From: Candidatus Gottesmanbacteria bacterium
Lineage (GTDB): Bacteria; Patescibacteriota; Microgenomatia; UBA10105; UBA927
Reading direction: 5' to 3'
Assembly: GCA_963701185.1 (NCBI GenBank)
Contig: OY969569.1
Span: forward strand, 34,865-98,864
Length of the DNA: 64,000 nucleotides
Part shown: positions 57,771 through 64,000 of the stretch, one piece after another
Layout of the letters: each line of letters opens with the position of its first letter
Numbering within the stretch: the stretch's first letter is position 1
Made by a program: the position numbers and the translations under genes
Notes under the pieces: generated by a model
What the model saw: the letters and a program-made list of their open reading frames with translations, nothing else
Told to the model about the DNA's origin: nothing
Database searches by the model: none

Positions 57771-59861
57771 ATGGCTACGATTGATGACCTCAGGAAGATG
57801 CGGCTCACCAAACTTGCGAAGCTGAAAAAGCTCGGCGCGGATCCGTACCCCGGGACGATCACACGAAAACAGACGATTGCAAAGGCACGGTCTCTCCAGG
57901 GACGCGATGTTGCGGTGGCAGGACGTGTGATGGGGATGCGCGGCCACGGGAAAATTGGATTTTGGGATATTACCGACGGGACGGGAAAAATCCAGATCTT
58001 CTATAAATCCGATAAAATTTCTGATTTAATCGATCTCGGAGATTTTGTAGCCGTTCAGGGGGCTGTTGATAAAACCAAAGTCGGTGAAGTCACGGTATTT
58101 GCAAAAAATTTCCAGATTATTTCAAAAGCCGTCCGGCCGCTTCCGGGCGAATGGAGCGGCCTCAAGGATATTGAAGAGCGCTACCGCCAGCGGTACGTGG
58201 ATCTGATCGTCAACCCCGAGGTCCGCGATATATTTCTCACGCGCAGCCGCGTCGTGACGTTTTTGCGTGCGTTTTTGGACAGCGACGGATTTATTGAAGT
58301 GGATACGCCCGTGTTGCAGCCGATTTACGGAGGGGCGCAGGCCAAACCGTTTGTCACCCATCACAACGCACTGGATGTGGACCTGTATCTTCGGATTTCC
58401 GATGAGTTGTATCTCAAACGGCTTATTGTCGGCGGGTTTGACCGCGTGTATGAGATCGGCCGTGATTTCCGCAACGAAGGAATCGACCGGGCACACAACC
58501 CGGAGTTTACGATGCTCGAGTTCTACTGGGCCTATGCCGATTACGAAGACCTCATGAAATATACGGAGACGATGATTTCAAGCCTGGTGAAGGAACTGAA
58601 GGGATCGTATAAGGTGATGTTTCAGGGAACGGAACTGAATTTTGCAGCGCCCTGGCCGCGCACGTCCTACCGCGATGTCGTCCTCCAGTATTCCGGCATC
58701 GATATCAACGAATCTGATGATGAGAAAAAATTACTGGCGGCGGTGAAAGCGAAAAAAATTAAACTGGATTTGACCGGCGTTGTCGGGTACGGGGCACTCT
58801 TAGATACATTATATAAGGCAACGGCGCGGCCGCATTTAACCGGCCCCATGTATTTAACCGACCGGCCGACCGCATTTGTCGCTCTTGCCAAACGGCTTCC
58901 CAAAGATCCTACCAAAACCGCATCGTTCCAGCTGTTGGTCGCCGGCAAGGAAATGCTCAACGCATATAACGAACTCAACGATCCGGAAGATCAGGCGGCC
59001 CGTTGGCATGAGTCGGAAAAACTCGGGGCGAAAGGACAAACCGAACATGAAGCGTTTGACGAGGATTACATCCGTGCACTTGAATACGGCATGCCGCCGA
59101 CTGCCGGCTGGGGATTGGGTATCGACCGCCTCGTTTCCATCCTCACTGACCAGCCGAATATCAAGGACGTCATTTTATTCCCGACACTCCGGCCGGAAGC
59201 GGATACGCATTCCGGACAACCTGAAAAACTCGTAAAAAATGAACCTGATGGAAAAAAACAGAGTATTGGCATGACATACAAAAACGCAGTTGTATTAATG
59301 AATGAATATATAAAAGAGCCAACAAATAAACTGCATTTGTATGAATCTGAGGCAATCATGCGGGCGCTTGCCCGTCACTTTCATGAAGATGAGGAGCAGT
59401 GGGGAATTATCGGATTATTGCATGATATAGACTGGGAACTTACAAAAGCAAACACAAAGCAACACTGTATTACATGTGTCGACATATTAAAAAACCACGG
59501 AGCGACAAATTATCTAATTGAAACAATACAGTCCCATGGATATGGACAAGGTTTTGGTGACGAATATTATGGTCCATCGGAATTTAAAGGGAAAATACGT
59601 ACGAGCCGGGTGCAGCATGCCTTGGCTGCGGCGGAAACATTGACGGGGTTAATCATTGCATCAACACTAGTCCAGCCGGATAGAAAATTATTAAGCCTGA
59701 AGCCGGAGTCATTAAAAAAGAAATTCAACAATAAAAAATTTGCCGCAAATTGCCGGAGGGAAATAATTCTTGAGTGTGAGCAAATTGGATTACCCATCGA
59801 TGAGTTTCTGTCACTGGGACTCAAAGCTCTTCAAGGAATCCACCAAAAACTCGGTTTATAA
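57771..59861 (+). CDS. lysS: Class II lysine-tRNA ligase fused to a C-terminal HD domain
   Basis: RYRQRYVDL, GGAQAKPF, FRNEG..HNPEF, GMPPTAGWGLGIDR, DVILFP; then H...GLLHDID domain. Confidence 0.92.
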   Translation: MATIDDLRKMRLTKLAKLKKLGADPYPGTITRKQTIAKARSLQGRDVAVAGRVMGMRGHGKIGFWDITDGTGKIQIFYKSDKISDLIDLGDFVAVQGAVDKTKVGEVTVFAKNFQIISKAVRPLPGEWSGLKDIEERYRQRYVDLIVNPEVRDIFLTRSRVVTFLRAFLDSDGFIEVDTPVLQPIYGGAQAKPFVTHHNALDVDLYLRISDELYLKRLIVGGFDRVYEIGRDFRNEGIDRAHNPEFTMLEFYWAYADYEDLMKYTETMISSLVKELKGSYKVMFQGTELNFAAPWPRTSYRDVVLQYSGIDINESDDEKKLLAAVKAKKIKLDLTGVVGYGALLDTLYKATARPHLTGPMYLTDRPTAFVALAKRLPKDPTKTASFQLLVAGKEMLNAYNELNDPEDQAARWHESEKLGAKGQTEHEAFDEDYIRALEYGMPPTAGWGLGIDRLVSILTDQPNIKDVILFPTLRPEADTHSGQPEKLVKNEPDGKKQSIGMTYKNAVVLMNEYIKEPTNKLHLYESEAIMRALARHFHEDEEQWGIIGLLHDIDWELTKANTKQHCITCVDILKNHGATNYLIETIQSHGYGQGFGDEYYGPSEFKGKIRTSRVQHALAAAETLTGLIIASTLVQPDRKLLSLKPESLKKKFNNKKFAANCRREIILECEQIGLPIDEFLSLGLKALQGIHQKLGL

Positions 59862-59895
59862 TTTACTAACAATGAATCGATTCATTAGTAGTAAA
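59862..59895. repeat. Intergenic palindrome
   Basis: TTTACTA-ac-AATGAATCGATTCATT-ag-TAGTAAA. Confidence 0.7.
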
Positions 59896-59903
59896 TATTC
59901 CAT

Positions 59904-60527
59904 ATGAATACATTGTTAATTGCCACGACCAATCCCGGAAAGCTCGGGGAAATAAAAGAATTTTTATCGGATTTATCCGTGACGCTCGTCGGACTTTCTG
60001 ATGTGGGTATTACCGACTCGCCGGAGGAGACGGGAATCAGTTTTGAAGAGAACGCCATTTTGAAAGCAAAATTTTATGCGGAAAAATCCAACCTGCCCAC
60101 GCTGGCTGACGACGGGGGCTTGGAAATTGACGCGTTAAACGGCGAGCCAGGGGTCAAATCGCACCGCTGGATCCATGATGACCGCGAGGACACGGACGAA
60201 GAGCTTATCCGATACACGCTGGACCGCATGAAGGATATTATTGATGTCAACCGCGGGGCGCAGCTGCGGCTGGTATTAGCTCTGGTTATTCCCGGAGGGG
60301 AAGTCTTTACATCGGAGGAGAAAATCCGCGGCATTATTCCGCAGGAGGCATCCAAAAACCGCTGGAAGGGGTTTCCGTACCGGTCTCTCCTGTATTTGCC
60401 GGAAATCAAAAAATATTACAATCATGACGAATTGACCGTAACCGAGACGGAAACGTATAATCATAGGAAGAAGGCGCTGGAGATATTAAAGCCTATTTTG
60501 AAGCTGAAATTGACGGAGCAGGCATAA
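59904..60527 (+). CDS. rdgB: Non-canonical purine NTP pyrophosphatase (RdgB/Ham1)
   Basis: ATTNPGK, ETG.SFEENA..KA, ADDGGLEIDALNGEPGVKS, HR..AL. Confidence 0.88.
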   Translation: MNTLLIATTNPGKLGEIKEFLSDLSVTLVGLSDVGITDSPEETGISFEENAILKAKFYAEKSNLPTLADDGGLEIDALNGEPGVKSHRWIHDDREDTDEELIRYTLDRMKDIIDVNRGAQLRLVLALVIPGGEVFTSEEKIRGIIPQEASKNRWKGFPYRSLLYLPEIKKYYNHDELTVTETETYNHRKKALEILKPILKLKLTEQA

Positions 60528-60561
60528 TTTAGTAGAATAAACATATTAACAAGTAAATAAA

Positions 60562-60739
60562 GGCGTTCTATGCCGAACTTTCCCTCGGCAGAGCTGCTTC
60601 TCGAAAACGGGCTAACGACTCGGTGAAGAGGAGACGGGTATTCCCGTTACAGATGGAGCATGAGTCCCGCGCTGCGGGAGAAGAAAAGTGGCACCACGAG
60701 ACACCTCGTCTTTTCATTAAGAAAAGGAGGTGTTTTTTT
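60562..60739 (+). promoter_or_regulatory. Serine T-box riboswitch with short stem I
   Basis: Antiterminator GAAAAG-TGGCACC-ACGAG/CTCGT-CTTTTC; CCCGTTA stem IIA/B; stem III; TCC at 60581; terminator plus T7; promoter TTGACG-17-TAGAAT at 60510-60538. Confidence 0.85.
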
Positions 60740-61378
60740 ATGGCAAAAATATATTTAATCAGGCACGGAGAATCCCTGGCAAATACCATGGGGATCTACC
60801 AGGGCCAGACATATGACACTAAGTTATCGCCGCTCGGAGTCCGGCAGGCTGATGCTGTTGGCCATAGACTTAAGCACGAAACTGTAAAACGTGTCATTAC
60901 GAGCCCTCTGACGCGTACACGGCAAACCGCGCGCGCGGTTGTCCAATTTCATCCTGTTGCCGCACATATTCACCGGCAGATTATGGAAACGAACCATGGA
61001 GATTGGGAAGGTAAACGTATTTCGGACATAAAACGCCGTTGGCCGGCTATATACAGGACATGGACAACAACACCGTCACAGGTACGGTTTCCGAACGGTG
61101 AAACATTTGACGATTTACAGAGGCGGGTTTGGGGCTGGTGGCTGGCAACAACTCCGGATTTCACCGTGCCGACCGTTATTGTTACACACGACAATATTAT
61201 CCGTATTATTCTTGCCGGCGTTTTGGGTATGCACGCTGACAGAATATGGAGTATTGAACTTCAGCCTGCAGGGATAACGATCGTTGATGTTACAAAAAGA
61301 AAAACGACGGTATTGGCTATAAACGATACCGGCCATTTGCGTGGTTTGGAGGCCAACCTTGCAAAGCACGCGCTTTAG
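60740..61378 (+). CDS. Histidine phosphatase family protein, probable phosphoserine phosphatase
   Basis: RHGES, SPLTRT, E..HG.WEG, VTH, NDTGHL; lies between a Ser T-box and serS. Confidence 0.8.
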   Translation: MAKIYLIRHGESLANTMGIYQGQTYDTKLSPLGVRQADAVGHRLKHETVKRVITSPLTRTRQTARAVVQFHPVAAHIHRQIMETNHGDWEGKRISDIKRRWPAIYRTWTTTPSQVRFPNGETFDDLQRRVWGWWLATTPDFTVPTVIVTHDNIIRIILAGVLGMHADRIWSIELQPAGITIVDVTKRKTTVLAINDTGHLRGLEANLAKHAL

Positions 61379-61393
61379 CCGTATCCTAAACAT

Positions 61394-62626
61394 ATGTTAG
61401 ACATAAAATTTATCAGGGACAATCTGGAAATCTGTAAAACCGCGGCGAAGAATAAAAACCGCGATGTGGACTGGGATGGGCTTTTGACCCTTGATGATAA
61501 GCGGCGCGAGCTTATCGGCACGTCGGAAAAACTGCGTGCCCAAAGGAATACATTAACCCGCGAGGATGCTGCGCGCGGAAAATCCATCAAGCAGGAGCTG
61601 AAAACGATAGAAGAAGAATTACGAGGCGTTGAAGAAAAGTTCGGGCTCCTCATGCTCACCGTTCCCAATATTCCGGACAAAAGCGTACCGGTCGGTAAGG
61701 ACGCATCGGGCAACGTTGAAGTGAAAAAATGGGGCAAGGTGCAGAAGTTTACGTTCGAGGCAAAAGATCACATTGAACTTGCAAAATCTTTGGATCTTAT
61801 TGATTTTGAGCGGGGAGCAAAAGTCGGTGGGTCGCGCGCGTATTTCCTCAAGAATGAAGCGGCACAGCTGGAGTTTGCCGTCCTTTTTTATACCTTCAAT
61901 AAACTCGTTAAAAAAGGATATACGCCCATGATCGCACCCAGCCTGGTCCGTGATTTTACCCTTTTTGGCAACGGGCAGTTCCCGTGGGGCAGGGAAGAGG
62001 TCTATCATTTGGAAAAAGATGATCTGTATCTTGCCGGCACCGCGGAAGTACCTATGACCGCGTATTTTGCCAATGAAGTGCTGGATGAGAAAGATTTACC
62101 GAAGAAATTTGTGGCATTTTCGCCGTGTTTCCGCAAGGAAGCGGGAAGCTACGGGAAAGATACGAGAGGGGTCTATCGGCTACATCAATTTAACAAAGTT
62201 GAACAAGTAATTATTTCAACGAACGATATGAACAATTCCTTTACTCTTCATGAGGAGTTGTTGGCGAACGCAGAGGAAATTTTGCAGGATCTCAAGCTGC
62301 CGTACCGGGTACTTTTGATGTGCACCGGCGACATGGGTGAGCCGCAAGTGAAGAAGTATGATATTGAGACATGGATGCCGGGGCGAAAATCGTATGGGGA
62401 AACAATGTCCAATTCGGTGATGGGAGATTTTCAGGCCAGAAGGCTCAAAATCCGGTATAAGGCTAAAGACGGGACAATGCTGTTTGCCCATACGCTCAAC
62501 AATACCGCCATCGCCTCGCCGAGAATTCTCATCGCAATACTGGAGAATTATCAGCAAAAGGATGGATCGATTTTGATACCGGAAGTACTTCAATCATATA
62601 TCGGGAAAACGGTAATTGAAAAATGA
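61394..62626 (+). CDS. serS: Serine-tRNA ligase
   Basis: MLDIKFIR, GTAEVP, FRKEAG, RLHQFNKVE, HTLNNT, LENYQ. Confidence 0.97.
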   Translation: MLDIKFIRDNLEICKTAAKNKNRDVDWDGLLTLDDKRRELIGTSEKLRAQRNTLTREDAARGKSIKQELKTIEEELRGVEEKFGLLMLTVPNIPDKSVPVGKDASGNVEVKKWGKVQKFTFEAKDHIELAKSLDLIDFERGAKVGGSRAYFLKNEAAQLEFAVLFYTFNKLVKKGYTPMIAPSLVRDFTLFGNGQFPWGREEVYHLEKDDLYLAGTAEVPMTAYFANEVLDEKDLPKKFVAFSPCFRKEAGSYGKDTRGVYRLHQFNKVEQVIISTNDMNNSFTLHEELLANAEEILQDLKLPYRVLLMCTGDMGEPQVKKYDIETWMPGRKSYGETMSNSVMGDFQARRLKIRYKAKDGTMLFAHTLNNTAIASPRILIAILENYQQKDGSILIPEVLQSYIGKTVIEK

Positions 62627-63270
62627 GCCTTATTTCCTACATAGTTCCCCGGGCCGTTGCGCGGTATTCAAGCCCCTTTAACCGGGATATCCGTGTGTTG
62701 GAAGAAAAAGGGAAATACAAGATTCTGGTGAACGGGTCGCGTCAGTCCGGAGAATATGTGCAGAAGCTCTGGCAGCATGCGTTTTGCGAATTCGGCATCA
62801 TTCCGTCGCCGGACATACGGAAAATCCTTGTTCTCGGGGTGGCAGGCGGCACGGTTATCCACCTGACCAGCGAAATCTATCCTGACGCGGTGATCGACGG
62901 TGTCGACATTGACGAAAAGATGATAGGTATAGGGAAAAAATATTTCGGACTTGACCGTATTCGGGGATTACGATTGATAGTTTCGGACGCGAAAGCGTTT
63001 CTGGCAAAGGCAGTGCGCAAGCGTGAGCATTGGGACATGATTCTCGTTGATACACATGTCGGGTCCGAAGTGCCGGAATTCGTCAACAATGATCGGTTTC
63101 TGACAGACCTGCGCCGGACGCTCTCTCCCAGGGGGATAGCGATTGTGAATTATCTTCGCGAACTCAAATATCAGGAACTGTCGGAACAACTCAGGAAAAA
63201 ACTTAAAAAAATATTCAGGAACATAAGCGAAACGGATATCTACTTCAATAGGTTTTTTATGGTAAAATAA
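62623..63270 (+). CDS. Spermidine synthase-like SAM methyltransferase
   Basis: [23 protein letters not shown]. Confidence 0.8.
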   Translation: MSLISYIVPRAVARYSSPFNRDIRVLEEKGKYKILVNGSRQSGEYVQKLWQHAFCEFGIIPSPDIRKILVLGVAGGTVIHLTSEIYPDAVIDGVDIDEKMIGIGKKYFGLDRIRGLRLIVSDAKAFLAKAVRKREHWDMILVDTHVGSEVPEFVNNDRFLTDLRRTLSPRGIAIVNYLRELKYQELSEQLRKKLKKIFRNISETDIYFNRFFMVK

Positions 63271-63274
63271 GCCG

Positions 63275-64000
63275 ATGTTAAAGTTCCTGGGAAAATTTCT
63301 TGACAGCAACGAAAAAGAAATTACACGCCTCAGAAAAACGGTCGACGCCATTACTTCATTGGAACCTACGATCAAAAAACTGAAGGATACGGATTTTGCA
63401 AAAAAAACCGCGGAGTTTAGGCAGCGGTTGGAGCATGGGGTCCCGCTGGACGAGATGCTTCCCGAAGCGTTTGCCCTGGTACGGGAAGCGGCCCTCCGCA
63501 CGATAGGCCAGCGGCATTTTGACGTTCAGCTGATGGCCGCCGCTACCCTTCACAACGGGAAAGTCGCAGAGCAAAAGACGGGAGAGGGGAAAACGCTTTC
63601 CGCCATCCCTGCACTGTATCTTAATGCGCTTGCCGGACAGGGAACGCACCTTGTGACGGTTAACGATTACCTCGCGCGCCGTGACGCCGGCTGGATGGGC
63701 CCGATTTTTCACCTCCTTGGTATGAGGACGGCGGCAATGATCAGTGAACAGTCATTTCTCTATGATCCGGAGCATGAAGATACAACTGCGACAGACGGAC
63801 GATTGAAACATTTAAAACCGATTACGAGGAAACAGGCATACGAAGCGGATATAACGTATGGCATCAACAGCGAATTCGGATTCGATTATCTGCGGGACAA
63901 TATGGTGTCGGACATTTCCCAGGTCGTTCAGCGGGGCAATTACCACTATGCGGTCGTGGACGAGGTGGACTCGGTCCTGATTGATGAGGCTCGGACGCCT
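63275..64000 (+). CDS. secA: Preprotein translocase SecA (partial, runs off the window)
   Basis: [60 protein letters not shown]. Confidence 0.97.
   Translation, partial: MLKFLGKFLDSNEKEITRLRKTVDAITSLEPTIKKLKDTDFAKKTAEFRQRLEHGVPLDEMLPEAFALVREAALRTIGQRHFDVQLMAAATLHNGKVAEQKTGEGKTLSAIPALYLNALAGQGTHLVTVNDYLARRDAGWMGPIFHLLGMRTAAMISEQSFLYDPEHEDTTATDGRLKHLKPITRKQAYEADITYGINSEFGFDYLRDNMVSDISQVVQRGNYHYAVVDEVDSVLIDEARTP

Noticed and set aside
60623-60739. N-terminal extension of the phosphatase ORF
   Set aside because: It is the T-box leader; the real start with SD is at 60740.
1-64000. Alternative genetic code (TGA recoding)
   Set aside because: Conserved genes are full length under code 11 and several end at TGA.

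Overview
Compact bacterial chromosome segment using genetic code 11. Shortened housekeeping proteins, overlapping genes and CPR-type hypotheticals suggest Patescibacteria/Microgenomates (inference). Core genes: miaB/miaA, rnpB, secDF, cca, recJ, aspS, gltX, era, mutY-like, obgE, two greA paralogues, lysS (fused to an HD domain), rdgB, serS and partial secA. There are two tRNAs (Gln-CTG, Glu-CTC), a SUF/ferredoxin/2-oxoacid:ferredoxin oxidoreductase cluster and a CIRCE-controlled lon. Two accessory regions stand out. One is a small AT-rich islet after tRNA-Gln, preceded by a structured ~150-bp element bounded by a duplicated tRNA 3' end. The other is a defence island at ~45-54.6 kb (Fic, thermonuclease, Mrr, Type IIG/ISP-like RM, KTSC, OLD ATPase-TOPRIM, PD-(D/E)XK, DUF3800). 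The most interesting signals are: a DUF3800 gene with a convergent small structured RNA that has its own promoter and terminator; a serine T-box with an ultra-short stem I in front of a phosphatase-serS operon; an RM-KTSC-OLD module; the LysRS-HD fusion; and pervasive leaderless promoters. All assignments come from reading motifs by eye; no database searches were run.
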